Below, piece after piece: positions 1-12,790 of a stretch of DNA of 64,000 nucleotides. The stretch's first letter is position 1. Each line of letters opens with the position of its first letter. Below the pieces are notes generated by a model. The model saw nothing but the letters and a program-made list of their open reading frames with translations, was not told where the DNA came from and did no database searches. The position numbers and the translations under genes are program-made. The stretch lies in contig NC_042998.1 of assembly GCF_006345805.1 (NCBI RefSeq), forward strand, positions 173,538,001-173,602,000, read 5' to 3'. The stretch comes from Octopus sinensis. Lineage: Eukaryota.

Positions 1-294
1 AACAGTTGGCAGCAACAAAACAATTTTCAAAAATTCGACAACAACAACCTTCAACAACAAAACTTGAATAACTGGCAAAATCAAAACGCCAACTCAAAAA
101 ACACACCTGCAACGTTCGAATGCCTTCCACTGTATTCTCTTCTTCCCTAGTCTACCTTGACGTCTAGACTTCTATATCTACGTATTGGGCTAGCCTACTT
201 CATCGTCTAGGGGCGTCCACACAACATTTTGCAAACTAGATTCGAAACTAATAGCAACGGCTTTCATGTTCTGAACTATAATGTATTTATGTAA

Positions 295-1967
295 CTAGTA
301 GCAGAGATACCCGGCGTTGCCCGTGTTACATGCAATACAAGAATTAGACATTTCTGTTATATTTTCTGTAATGAAGTGGAATACCTATGTTTCGAATTTC
401 ATCAAAATTGCAGATGAGTGTTATTTCCCTCTTTACACACCCTAAAAAAATTGTAAACGTGCCACATGCATCCCATACTACTGATTTTTATGCGCATATT
501 CCAAAATTCCAGTTTTATAGAACCTGTTAAAAGGATTTTGCTCCTGAAAAATGGAGGCCATGGAGCTCTAAAATGTGAGAGGTAAGGCCCCTATTGGAGG
601 TGGGTGTCTTAATGCAACCAGAGAAGCTGAATCGTTGAGAATCTTTTAAACTTGGGTCTTATATCTATTGTTTGAATTTCTTTGAAATAGGAAATATATG
701 TTCAGTGGGTTTGTAAAAGAGAACAAAGCTACAGGAAGCCAAAAGACGAATGATCACAATAAGCAGTCAGCTACCCTACCCTAGTCGTTACCACTCCTAA
801 TGTAGGATTCCTCACAGCTGTAAGATACGTTGCGAATCTATACCAATTGGAAAGGGCGTGTCCCAACTGAAATGAACATTAACAACTGTGTAACGTGAGG
901 GCTAAGGAGAAATGAAAGTGTCACCTCTGGAGTTTGCAAATGACCACTATACTGGTACGTAACTGGACAGAATAAATTTACAATCTATAAATATTTTTGA
1001 ATAACCAGTCACTCACCTGGGAAGGCCTTGAAATCAATGTTACCATCTGGGGGACTATGTGTGAACCAGTGATAATAAAAAGACTGAAAGGAGGTCTGCA
1101 CTCAAATAACTTTACTCAACACTTTGCAACCGAATCAGTGGAGGCAAAGATGCCTCTCATTTACTTCACAATTTATGCACCACATTGCAGAAATCACAAT
1201 GTATGTGTATGTCAAAGCGAACTCTTACACTGTTGTACAATTGAATTACAAATAATGGTCATCTTTTATGCTCGGGTGACCCTACAGCTTCCAAGAGTAC
1301 AATTGTATTCGTCTTGCTTAGATAAAATGACTAAATTGTGGGTGTTACATCCCCACGAAGGAGTCTTTCTAACTTGTGAGATGAAATTTTACAAATATAA
1401 CTTCATTTGTGTTTAATATCTATGGTTAAGATTTCATCAACAGCAACAATATATGAATTGCCATGGGGGTTGTGGCCCTTATGCGTAGAATATAATTTCC
1501 AAATTTCGTAAAGATCCATTCAGTACTTTTGACCTAGTTTTGGATCATAAAAGAAATGAATAAAATTTAGGAGTTAAGGCCCCCATTAAAGTGTCTTAGG
1601 ATCCTCATGTGAAGTGGAAACTTTGAGAATACTTCTTGGTGTGTGTCAATTACCCATGGTTGAAATTTCATCAACATCGAAGACTTATGAATTTTCAAGG
1701 AAGTTCTGCCCCCCCCCCCCTTAAGCCATCTGAAATTCAAACGAATCATATTGCATCATGCACGCCTTGTGCATTGAATCTAAGTTTCAAATATCATAAG
1801 CATCCATTCAGTAAGTTTGGTCCATGAAATTGTATGAAACACACAGCATTACTCTTCTCCCTATGCTTGTATTTTTGTTCCAAATTTCATTATGATCGGT
1901 GCAGGAGTTTTCGAATGTATAAGTAACACACGAACACGCATAAAGACATTGACTTTGATATAATAGA
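295..1967 (-). mobile_element. Non-autonomous Helitron, apparently full length
   Basis: Minus strand begins A|TCTATTATATCAAAG (1967) and ends CACGGGCAACGCCGGGTATCTCTGCTA-CTAG|T (295): TC...CTAG termini, GC-rich subterminal hairpin-like motif, inserted between A and T, no TSD. Interior repeats an AAATTTCA..ATC-type motif. Confidence 0.75.
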
Positions 1968-1991
1968 TATTAATATGCACATATACATACG

Positions 1992-2065
<74 letters not shown>

Positions 2066-2092
2066 TGTGTATGATATATATATACATACACA

Positions 2093-2210
2093 CACAGACA
2101 AAGATAAATTGATAGATATAAATGAGTGGGCAAACAAAAATATGAGACACACACATACATATATATACGATTGATTTCTTTCAGTTCGTGTCTACGAAAT
2201 CTATATATAT

Positions 2211-2309
<99 letters not shown>

Positions 2310-2438
2310 TTATTTATACACACACAAAGATAAATTGATCGATACAACTGAGTGGGCAAACAAAAATATGAGACACACACATACATATATATACGATTGA
2401 TTTCTTTCAGTTTGTGTCTACGAAATCTATATATATAT

Positions 2439-2510
<72 letters not shown>

Positions 2511-2582
2511 TATGTATGTATTTATACACACACAAAGATAAATTGATCGATACACTGAGTGGGCAAACAAAAATTTGAGACA
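2093..2582. repeat. Tandem triplication of a ~210-225 bp unit with embedded (TA)n
   Basis: AAAGATAAATTGAT..GAGTGGGCAAACAAAAA recurs at 2100, 2326 and 2534; the period difference comes from the length of the internal TA tract. Confidence 0.85.
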
Positions 2583-2586
2583 CTGC

Positions 2587-2920
2587 CTAGTACTTTTTTC
2601 ATTTTGATAAGCCTGGTACTTATTCTATCACTTTCTTCTTGTGAAACCAGCAAGTTTTGGGTACGTAAATAAACGAACGGCAGTTGTGAAGCAGTGATGA
2701 GGGAGAAACACAAAGACACACACATAGACTTACCTATATACACACATATATATACGATTGATTTCTTTCAGTTTCTGTCTACAAAATCCGCTGACAAGGC
2801 TTCGGTTGAGCTGAGGCTATAGCAGAAGACAAATGCCAATTCACCACACACAGTGGGACTGAACTGAGGACCATGTGTTTTGGAACCAAGTTTTTTACCA
2901 CACTGCTACACCTGCACCTA
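2587..2920 (-). mobile_element. tRNA-derived SINE family A, degenerate copy
   Basis: Minus strand has an A-box-like GTGTGGTAA and B-box-like AGTTCAGTCC head; body matches the copies at 4857-5340 and 43065-43490. Confidence 0.7.
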
Positions 2921-3168
2921 TGTATGTGTATGTGTATGGGTGTATATATGTATGCATGTATATATATATGTATATATATATATGTGTACATATTATATAT
3001 ACATCTATATATATACATCTACACATATACATGTATACATATACATCTATATCTATAGAAATACATCTATACATATACATGTATACATATACATCTATAC
3101 ATATACATGTATATATATACATCCATATATATACATGTATATATATACATGTATATATATACATGTAT

Positions 3169-3220
<52 letters not shown>

Positions 3221-3493
3221 CATGTAAATTTAAATTTGAAGTAAGAAGGTGAAAAATTGAATATTAATTTGATTAATATCAATTTAAAACCAGTGGTGTA
3301 GCATATTGAAAAGTCTGAAGTTTCAGAATAAAATATATTACATACATGTAAGAGGGATAACGTGTAAGTAAACATCCATGATGCTAGATGAAGATCCGCT
3401 ATGGTCTTACCATTCTTTTGTTAGTGGTATGACCATAGTGGATCTTCTTCTAGCATAATGGATATTCACTTACAGGTCATACTCACTTATATA

Positions 3494-3775
3494 CTAGTTT
3501 CACTTTAATAGTTTCAGTATTAAAGTGAAACTATTAAAGTGAAAGCATCTGACATTACAATAGAGAGATGTTATTGTCTCACTTTTAACACGTGATACTG
3601 AAATAGTGGAGAAGATATGACATTGCTGTGGGCTCGCACTAGGCAAGAAGTTAAAAACGTTTTGCCCATGTGTAAAATTTGAATGAAATTGTTTGTGTAG
3701 TTCTCAAGTCTTATGGATTCACACAGACACACACACAGACAGACAGACACACATACTCATCTTTATATATATAGA
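3494..3775 (-). mobile_element. Short non-autonomous Helitron (282 bp)
   Basis: Minus strand A|TCTATATATATAAAGATGAG...GTGAAA-CTAG|T with terminal hairpin; body is the reverse complement of 57320-57600. Confidence 0.7.
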
Positions 3776-4112
3776 TAACTAATTCCAACAAATACACGTA
3801 TGTATTTATGTATCTGTTTATGTATGTATTTATGTATGTACGTTATGTATATATGTATTGTAAGTATGTATATACATTTGTATTATATGCATGTATTTAT
3901 TGCATGCATGCATTTATCGTATGTATGTATTTATTGTATGTATGTATGCTTGCATCTATGTATGTATTGTAATATGTATGCATGTACGTATGTATATATG
4001 TATGTATGCGTGTAATATATATTTTTTTAGTTTATAATAAATTCTGACCGGTTTCCTTTGTATCATTTGCGTGTGTGTTTGTGCGCGCGTGAATGTGTGT
4101 CTGTTTGTGTGT

Positions 4113-4150
<38 letters not shown>

Positions 4151-4477
4151 GTGCGTGTGCGTGCGTGTGTGTGTGCGTGTATTTATGATCTTACCCGTTC
4201 ATAAGAACATTATTAGGCCTCCAGGCCACTTGAAATATAGAAATCACTTTGTAAAATTCCAGTGTCAGCATGATTTCTCCTTCAAAATACATTTTCTGTT
4301 TTGCCTGAAGATACTTGATGGGTTGAATAAGGATGATTTTTAAACTTATATACCAAATCAAATTAAAGCGACAGATATACACACATATGCATAGTGTTAG
4401 GATGTGGGGTCGTAAATGGAAGTAGCAGGCTACATTCATAGTGGAGTCTATCGTAATGGTGGAGGGGTTGACGACGT

Positions 4478-4685
4478 AGGCAGAAACGTTAGCACGCTGG
4501 GCGAAATGCTTAGCGGTATTTCATCTGCCGTTACGTTATGAGTTCAAATTCCGCCGAGGTCGACTTTGCCGTTCATCCTTTCGGGGTCGATAAATTAAGT
4601 ACCAGTTACGCATTGGGGTCTATGTATGTCCTTGTTTGTCCCCTCTGTGTTTAGCCCCTTGTGGGTAATAAAGAAATAGGTAATG
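4478..4685 (+). mobile_element. tRNA-derived SINE family B
   Basis: GGCAGAAACGTTAGCACG...GAGTTCAAATTCCGCCGAGGTCGACTTTGCCGTTCATCCTTTCGGGGTCGATAAATTAAGTACCAG; closely similar to 11876-12108. Confidence 0.8.
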
Positions 4686-4856
4686 CTGCTGTTGCTGATG
4701 ATGATGATAATGATGATGTTAAACTGGTCAAGTTGGAGATGGTGATGAGTGTAACGCAGCAGATGGGAAGATGGAGTCGGTGAGGATGTATATATTATTG
4801 GGAAGCTGATTATGGTGACGGTGGTGTTTGTTAATCTCCTTGCTCTTGTACTCATC

Positions 4857-5152
4857 TACTTGTTTCAGTCATTTGACTGTGGCCATGCTGGAGCACCGCC
4901 TTTAGTCGAGCAAATCGACCAAAAGATTCATTCTTTGTAAGCCTAGTACTTATTCTATTAGTCACTTTTACTGAACCGCTAATGTTACGGGTACCTAAAC
5001 ACACCAGCATCGGTTGTCAGGCGATGTTGGGGTACAACAGACACACATATTTATACATACACACACACACACATATATATATATATTTATCTGCATATAT
5101 ATGTATATATATATATATATATACATATATATATACATATACATATATATAT

Positions 5153-5195
<43 letters not shown>

Positions 5196-5340
5196 GACGG
5201 GCTTCTTTCAGTTTCCGTCTACCAAATCCACTCACAAAGCTTTGGTCCAACCGAGGCTATAGTAGAAGACACTTGACCAAGTTGTCACCCAATGGGACTG
5301 AACTCGGAATCATCTGGTTTGTAAGCAAGCTACTTTATTT
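4857..5340 (-). mobile_element. tRNA-derived SINE family A with internal (CA)/(TA) tract
   Basis: Reverse complement matches 43065-43490: head GTAGCTTGCTTAC...GAGTTCAGTCCC, body GGATTTGGTAGACGGAAACTGAAAGAAGCCCGTCG, tail GGTGCTCCAGCATGGCCACAGTCAAATGACTGAAACAAGT. Confidence 0.8.
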
Positions 5341-5627
5341 CAAAAAAATTTGCTATAAAGGCATGATACAGAGTAGCTTGCGGGCTGAACAGAAACATTG
5401 ATGAGATGAATGATGAAATAAAATTATAGTAATGGGAGAAGACAAAAAATGCCCGCCAATTTTTTGCTTCTCTAAAACATTATTTTTTTAACACAAAAAG
5501 CAAACCGATGTATTGAACATCTTACGTCCGTTTTACAATTATTGGACTTCATAGTCCATTTACAAATTAAAATATAATCATTTTTACACAAGAAACAACA
5601 CAAGGTATCGAACCTCTTACTTCCGTT

Positions 5628-6140
5628 TTTACAATTTTTTAACATCGCTTGTGCCCGTATACACCGCCATCACCCACGCCTCATTTAAAACCAAGGCGGG
5701 CTCCGAGTCGGTATCGCCCGACCACAAGCGATATTCCTCTTTCAGTTCCTCCAGCCTACGTATCACGGGCAACGTTATGACCTCCACAGCTATCTGCGAA
5801 GGCCATTCGAGTTCCCGTTCCCTGAAAGTGTCTTTCCACCACCTTTTCTACCTCTCCACCTCTGTAGAAGCAGGCCAATAATTTGTCTTCCTCCAGGGTC
5901 GAGGTAGTCAATTCTACCGTTGGCGGCACAATTCCTGCCAACGGCGTCTTTTCCCCTGCCGGTGGCACAACCCCTACCGACGAGGGACCGGGACATTCCG
6001 GTGCTATGTCACCGACTGCCAGCAATGACCCGTTTTTTTCCTCTTCTTCATTTTTTCTTCTCAGCTGGGGGAGGGTGCGTCTCCTCCGTGACCGGGAGAT
6101 TCGCCTCCCCTCCCTCAACACTAGGATCCTTCGGTGATCC
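5628..6140 (-). pseudogene. Frameshifted coding remnant, possibly retroelement ORF1/gag C-terminus
   Basis: GC-rich island; two overlapping minus frames join to ...PTVELTTSTLEEDKLLACFYRGGE / KRWWKDTFRERELEWPSQIAVEVITLPVIRRLEELKEEYRLWSGDTDSEPALVLNEAWVMAVYTG*. No diagnostic motif, so family assignment is inference. Confidence 0.35.
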
Positions 6141-6593
6141 TTCGGGGGATTAGAACTGCATAGTCATTCCACGTGTGTTGTGGTTAAAAACAAGTAAAAT
6201 TTTGTTAGATGAGCAGCTATAGCTACCTTTCCGGGTATGATTTTTTAAATCCTAAGTCACCAAAATTGTTAGAATTCGAAGCACAAAGACTACCAAAATT
6301 TAATCGACGAAACTGAAACAAAAAGAACGGTTATATGTAAAAGCAGAGGTTGCACGACTTTGCGCCGGCGATTGGAATTTTTACCGGAGAAACTTCTTGA
6401 TAATCTGGCGTAATCTAGAACGTGTGCATATGTACGAGCCTCAGCAATACACATGTGGAAACATTATTGCACAGTAGTCTTTCTTGAACTTAGTATAGCA
6501 TAATGTTTCTGGACATGAAACTGAAGGCTAGAATTGTCAAGCACTTGTTGCTATGTCGAGGATGTAGGATGGTCTGGAGAGGGCTAAATATAT

Positions 6594-6625
<32 letters not shown>

Positions 6626-7966
6626 AACTCACTGGATGCTGGCTATATTCCAAAAAACCTTCTGTCCCAGTCTGTTGTCCCAGTTTTCAAAAAGGGAAAC
6701 AAGTCCCTTGCAGTGAACTACCGTCCGATCTCACTCACCTCTCATATCATCAAGGTATTTGAGAGGGTGGTGAGATCTCGAATAACCCAATTTCTGGAAA
6801 GCAACAGACGGCTGATCTCCAACCAACATGGCTTCCGTAATGGAAGGGACTGCCTAACGCAGCTCCTGCATCACTTTGAGGACATTTTGAGAGCTTTGGG
6901 AGAGGGCTCCAACACCGATGTCATCTACCTTGATCTCAGTAAGGCCTTCGACAGGGTCGATCACAAGATCCTATTGAAAACACTATCCAACATTGGTGTC
7001 TCTGGAAAGTTACTGAAATGGATCGAGTGTTTCCTGACAGACAGATCTCAACATGTTGTAGTTGAAGGGGTAAAATCAAGCCCAGCCAAAGTCAGTAGTG
7101 GCGTTCCGCAAGGCACTGTGCTGGGCCCACTTCTTTTCATCATTTACATTAATGACATTAATGACATCATCAAGCACAGCAACATAAAAATTTTTGCAGA
7201 TGATTCCAAGCTACAGAAGGTCATAAATGAGGCGAGTGACCGGACATGCCTTCAGTCAGATCTACTGGCTGTTATCCAATGGGCAGAAAAAAACAATATG
7301 CTGCTGAACGAGGATAAATTTGAGTTAATCCACTTTGGAAAAGAGGATGCCCTGAAACTCCCATACTCCCTTCCTTCAGGCGAAACTCTCGCGGCGTCCA
7401 ACAACATCAGAGACTTGGGAGTAATTGTGGACAACAACATAAGCTGGGCCACTCATATAAACACCAAAGTTGACATGGCCCGCAGAATGTGCTCCTGGAT
7501 TCTCAGAACTTTCCAGTCGAGAGATATCCACACCATTATCCTTCTCTTCTCCACTTTTGCCCGACCCCACATTGAATACTGTTGTCCACTGTGGTCTCCC
7601 CACCCAATAAAAGGTATCATAAAAGTTGAAGCACCTCAAAGGGCAATCACAAAAAAGATAGGTGGCATGACAGGCCTCGACTATTGGGGTCGACTAGAAA
7701 AGCTAAAACTTTATTCTCTCCAACGTCGTCGTGAGCGCTACATCATCTGCATGATGTGGAAAATATTCCATCAGCATTGCCCAAATGATGTTGGCATCAC
7801 CTTTAGGGTACATCCAAGGCTTGGGCCCCGTGCCATGCGCCCAAAACAAAAATCGCACTCTCATCTCATAACAACAATACGGCACAATTATTTCACCTCA
7901 ATTGGCCCCGCTCTCTTTAACATTACACCAAAACATATCTGGTGGTATGTTGAAAACTGGTGGTAA
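6626..7966 (+). mobile_element. CR1/L2-group LINE ORF2 fragment (reverse transcriptase), truncated at both ends
   Basis: Uninterrupted frame with NYRPISLTS, QHGFRNGR, YLDLSKAFDRVDH, GVPQGTVLGPLLF, FADDSKL, DLGVIVD, YCCPLWSPH, LYSLQRRRERY. Homology starts right after the (TA)n at 6587-6625; the N-terminal 41 aa of the listed ORF are read-through. Confidence 0.93.
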
Positions 7967-8054
7967 AGAACATCTACGCACTCCGCCATGGGCTCTTAGG
8001 AGCCTCGTTCGATTTGTTTTGCTCCGCCTCTGTTCTGTTTTTGTTTATTCCAAC

Positions 8055-8205
8055 GGATTTCATATTTCTTCCTGAAGAGAAAGACACAATATTGTCTCAT
8101 TATTCATTCGGAATTTGGTAAATTGTGCCTTTCGAAACACGTGTAGAATGCAATAAAACGATTTCTGTTCAATCTTCGTTCAACTCCATTTCTTCAATTC
8201 ACTAA
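8055..8205 (+). mobile_element. Penelope-type pseudo-LTR fragment with hammerhead motif
   Basis: CTGAAGA (8072-8078), stem II GAAAGACACAA/TTGTGCCTTTC, GAAAC-ACGT-GTA (8134-8145); direct copy at 8833-8975. Confidence 0.65.
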
Positions 8206-8218
8206 TAATATATATAAT

Positions 8219-8250
<32 letters not shown>

Positions 8251-8274
8251 ATAATATATATATATATATATAAT

Positions 8275-8327
<53 letters not shown>

Positions 8328-8339
8328 TATATAAATATA

Positions 8340-8378
<39 letters not shown>

Positions 8379-8393
8379 TTATATATATATATT

Positions 8394-8427
<34 letters not shown>

Positions 8428-8504
8428 TATATATTTATATATATATATATTTATATATATATATATATATTATATATATATATATATTTATATATATTAT
8501 ATAT

Positions 8505-8535
<31 letters not shown>

Positions 8536-8553
8536 ATATATAGATATTATATA

Positions 8554-8624
<71 letters not shown>

Positions 8625-8625
8625 T

Positions 8626-8658
<33 letters not shown>

Positions 8659-8691
8659 ATATATATTTATATTATATATATAATATATATA

Positions 8692-8724
<33 letters not shown>
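8205..8724. repeat. Long interrupted (TA)n microsatellite
   Basis: About 520 bp composed almost entirely of TA repeats, with a few single-base interruptions. Confidence 0.98.
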
Positions 8725-8732
<8 letters not shown>

Positions 8733-8975
8733 ATTGGTGAATTGAAGAAATGGAGCTGAACGCAGATTGAACAGAAATCGTTTTATTTCATTCTACACGT
8801 GTTTCGAAAGGCACAAATTACCAAAATCCGATCTGAAGAGAAAGACACAATATGGTCCCATTATTCAATCGGATTTTGGTAATTTGTGCCTTTCGAAACA
8901 CGTGTAGAATGAAATAAAACGATTTCTGTTCAATCTGCGTTCAGCTCCATTTCTTCAATTCACCAATAATGTTTT
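8725..8975. repeat. 107-bp inverted repeat (fold-back pseudo-LTR) with 37-bp spacer
   Basis: 8725-8831 is the reverse complement of 8869-8975; no mismatch found by eye. Confidence 0.9.
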
Positions 8976-9122
8976 AATTTCAATTATCCGCACCAACGCA
9001 CGGTTGCAACGCCAGATGGTTGTACCTCCAACCGTGCTGTTCACTGCTGTGATTTTTGCTACTAAGGTATCGGTTAAACTTTTGATTAATCTACTACAAG
9101 ATTATTCATCTTTCTATTTCCC

Positions 9123-9158
<36 letters not shown>

Positions 9159-11875
9159 CGGTTATTGCGTCATTCCACAGTTGAAAGACCACAACATTTA
9201 AAGATTTTATCGGGGGATATTTTTTTAACGTCAGCGCATGTCAATGCATATTTGGCCGAAGTCTTTCTGTTACATGTCGATGAGACTTGCGTGCGGAAGG
9301 CTTTTATATTTAGTACCGCCAGAGAGAATTATCAAACTTGTAGCTAACACCAATTTGCTTGCGACCTAATGTTTAATCTATTTCAAACACAAACTGACAC
9401 ATTAAACCTTAGCACATTTATTTTAGTAGAAAACGTAAATGAAAAGATTAAAGTAATACTTAATTAAAATATTTATAGGCTAGTGTTCTATTTGAAATAT
9501 ACAACTCTGCTAGATCCAGGTTGCATTTAGCGAATCTCTGTGAAGTTTCCACCTCATCATTAATAATAGTTGAGGGCGACAATACTGATATAATTCGTCT
9601 GTCATTGTTTTCCATTTTATCACACTTTTCTAATTATAAATTGTTTTATATAACTCAGAACATTGATTCCTATTCCAAATATAGTTTTCCAATAACGTCA
9701 GTATAAAGTTAGTTATATAGAAGATTGATGTCAGTATACTGGAGTATTAATATGATAATGCAATTCTTCATGCCAATGTTTTCTACAAAACTGTTTGTAT
9801 ATGTGCGTGTGTTTAAATTTCAGTTTGTATTCATGTTATTTCTACTATTAAGTGACAATTTTCTTGTTTTATACCAATGAATGATTCAATTAGTTTTTGA
9901 TACGCCGATTTCATAGGGAAGGAATTCTATATTAATGTATCATTAATCACCTTTCTATTTTCGTAAAAATGTTTTAGTTCAAGAAACTTATCAATATGAT
10001 ACTTATAGATTTAGCCAACGCCATATCCACTGCTGCTGAGACTGTATTACATGCAACAGAATAGTCGTGCTAAAACTCAACGCCGCGATGTGGATAATTT
10101 TGTTGAAGCATACTCATGTTATGTTTGATACTAATGGTCTTTGTAAAGGTGTGCACTCTACAGTAATTTCTCTCCGCTTAAAGTACAGAGCAATGTATTT
10201 AGTTAAAAGAAATCGATATACTATTAATATATTCTTCTTCAAAACATGAAGGAACACGGCGAGCGGCTGCAATAATCTATTGCAATACAATTTTTAATCT
10301 TTCATAAAGTATAAGAAAATAACACCTTCGAAAGTTTTAGAAAACAAGTTTATTGTTTGAAACGGTTTTAAAACCAATATCATCTGCCAGTGACATTTTT
10401 TCGCAGACAAAACGAAAATATTTATAAATATTTAAACAAAACTATCTCCTAAATGAAGGCATCATATACCGAACAAACAGACATTCTTTGAATATCAGTG
10501 TAAACAAAATTTAAGGCTAAATACCAGAGATGAACGTGAGAAATATCAGAAAAAATCCAGTAAAATTACAAAAAGAATTATTTGAAGTGTTTTCTTTTGT
10601 CTAGACGGTTTCTAGTCACCTTAACAGCTGAAACTGTTTTCTACAATCAACGTTCATGCTAAAAGATTTAAACGTTTCAAGGTTCTCGTAAATAGAAACG
10701 TTCTCTAAATTGTTTTCGTTTGTGCTCTGTAAGAGTATGCATAAGCAATATAGAAACCATCTGAATTTTGTTTACTGAGGAATTTTCTAAGGAACGTTTA
10801 TAAAGGAACTTTTTTGACATAAATATATTCTGCATTTCATATATTCCATTAAGAAAAATATTTAATGTTGAATGATGTTCGTTCACAAAGAATAATTTCT
10901 ATATCCAGAGGAAGACATTTATGTACTTAGTTTATAATGTAAGGATCGAATATATGCCATTTCAAATTAGGCAGCTCCTTCGACTTCATATTTGCAATTT
11001 AGATATGTCATTTAAAGTTAAATATTATTCAGAAAATTACAAACTATCAAAAATCCGAATAAAAAATTGTAAGCCTCCTACTTTGATATAAAATTAATAT
11101 TTGCATTTTTGTCGTGAAAGTGCATTTAAATTTTCTTTACCACATATTATCTTAAAGGAAGTTCTCAGCCTTCCTCAGCAGATTTCATTCATGCTCTCTC
11201 TTCAAAAATATATTTTAATAACTGAATTCGCGTGAAGCAATATCATGCTAAACAATTAAATCAAAATTTTCTGCAGCGTTTCATTTTCTCTTTCTTGAAC
11301 CCAATTACGAAATGCATTATCTTACAGTCATTTGTTTCCCTATAGCAATCCATGGAGACGGCTTTGAACAATCGTTCCAATGAAATATGTACTTAGTGTG
11401 TCACTGTTTCTTTCACATTTTTCTTTTCCATCATATAAAGCTTTCATCGATGTATATCATTGTCAATACAATTATCACAGCACCTCATTTTAAAAAAATA
11501 TTTGTATTGATTTTAATTATGTACTACACTGCTACAAAAATGATTTCTAGCATATGCACAAGGCGACAACTTTTGTAAAAGTATATGCTATTTGAGATCG
11601 GATGTAGTACTTAACTGTTACTTATTTTACCAAACATAGAGAGTTGACATACAACGTAAATCCTAGAAGGTTAAAAGGTGGTAACAAGATAATGCACGGT
11701 ACACCGATTTAATCTTCTACCGCGTTATTAATGTTCATTTCCACCTCTCTCTTTTTACTTTACTCGTCAGTTCTAAAGTGTTTAGTATCAAAATTTATCA
11801 AAACTACAGAGACCAATAAGTTTCTGAATTAATACATTCATACCACATAATGGCAAACGCCGCAATATAGTAGCA

Positions 11876-12275
11876 AAGGTGAGCTGGCAGAAACGTTAGT
11901 ACGCCGGGCGAAATGCGTAGCCGTATTTCGTCTGCCGTTACGTTCCGAGCTCAAATTCCGCCGAGGTCGACTTTGCCTTTCATCCTTTCGGGGTCGATTA
12001 AATAAGTACCAGTTACGCACTGGGGTTGATATAATCGACTTAATCCGTTTGTCTGTCCTTGTTTGTTCTCTCTGTGTTTAGCCCCTTGTGGGTAGTAAAT
12101 AAATAGGCATTTCCTCAGTCTTTACGTTCCGAGTTCAAATTCCGCCGAGGTCGACTTTGCCTTTTATCCTTTCGGAGTCGATAAATTAAGTACCAGTTGC
12201 ATACTGGGTTCGATCTAATCGACTGGCTCCCCCACAAAACAAAACGGGGCCTTGTGCCTAGAGAAGAAAAGATTC
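11876..12275 (+). mobile_element. SINE family B copy followed by a partial tandem copy
   Basis: Full copy 11876-12108; the core GAGTTCAAATTCCGCCGAGGTCGACTTTGCC is repeated from ~12130. Confidence 0.8.
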
Positions 12276-12658
12276 TTAAATATCCGCCCGTCCGGTTTTA
12301 TTTTGTCATATTTTTATCCTTATTCATCAATTCCATTCGATAAGCAACGACCAACTGAAACTTCACCATGTAGCGCCTAACTGGGTTTTACCACGAGAAA
12401 GGAACCCAGAGGAAGGAAATGTTCGGTGGAACACATCTTGCTACTACGAAATTAGGTCTAAATTTACCAGTAACTTATTTCCAATAAATGGTTCCGTCCA
12501 GTCAGCTAGAGCACACACTATTAATATCCTAGACATTTTACGTGTTATTTGAATCACGAGAAAGCTAATTTCCTCTTTTTAGCGAAGGCCTCGGATCGCT
12601 AGATGAGTGTTTAAGTTAGGGTTCTCCACTATTAAATCGGTCAGAGATAAACGCTGTT

Positions 12659-12790
12659 TATGGATTAGTCGGAAGTGCATTGAATGCAAATGTTTCAAGA
12701 ATGGAGCTGCTGTTGTTCTGTTGCTACCGCTTTCAAGGGTGAATCCGTGAACCGAGCTTTATTTGCAACTTCACTGAAGTTGTACTAAGC
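12659..12790. repeat. Unclassified dispersed repeat; inverted copy at 17471-17602
   Basis: TATGGATTAGTCGGAA...GTTGTACTAAGC matches the reverse complement of 17471-17602 with scattered substitutions. Confidence 0.75.

Noticed and set aside
6503-6625. N-terminal 41 aa of the 487-aa ORF
   Set aside because: Read-through across a TA microsatellite; RT homology starts at about 6626.
11100-11300. hAT dimerisation-like KEVLSLP..SAD
   Set aside because: Single short motif with no collinear support.
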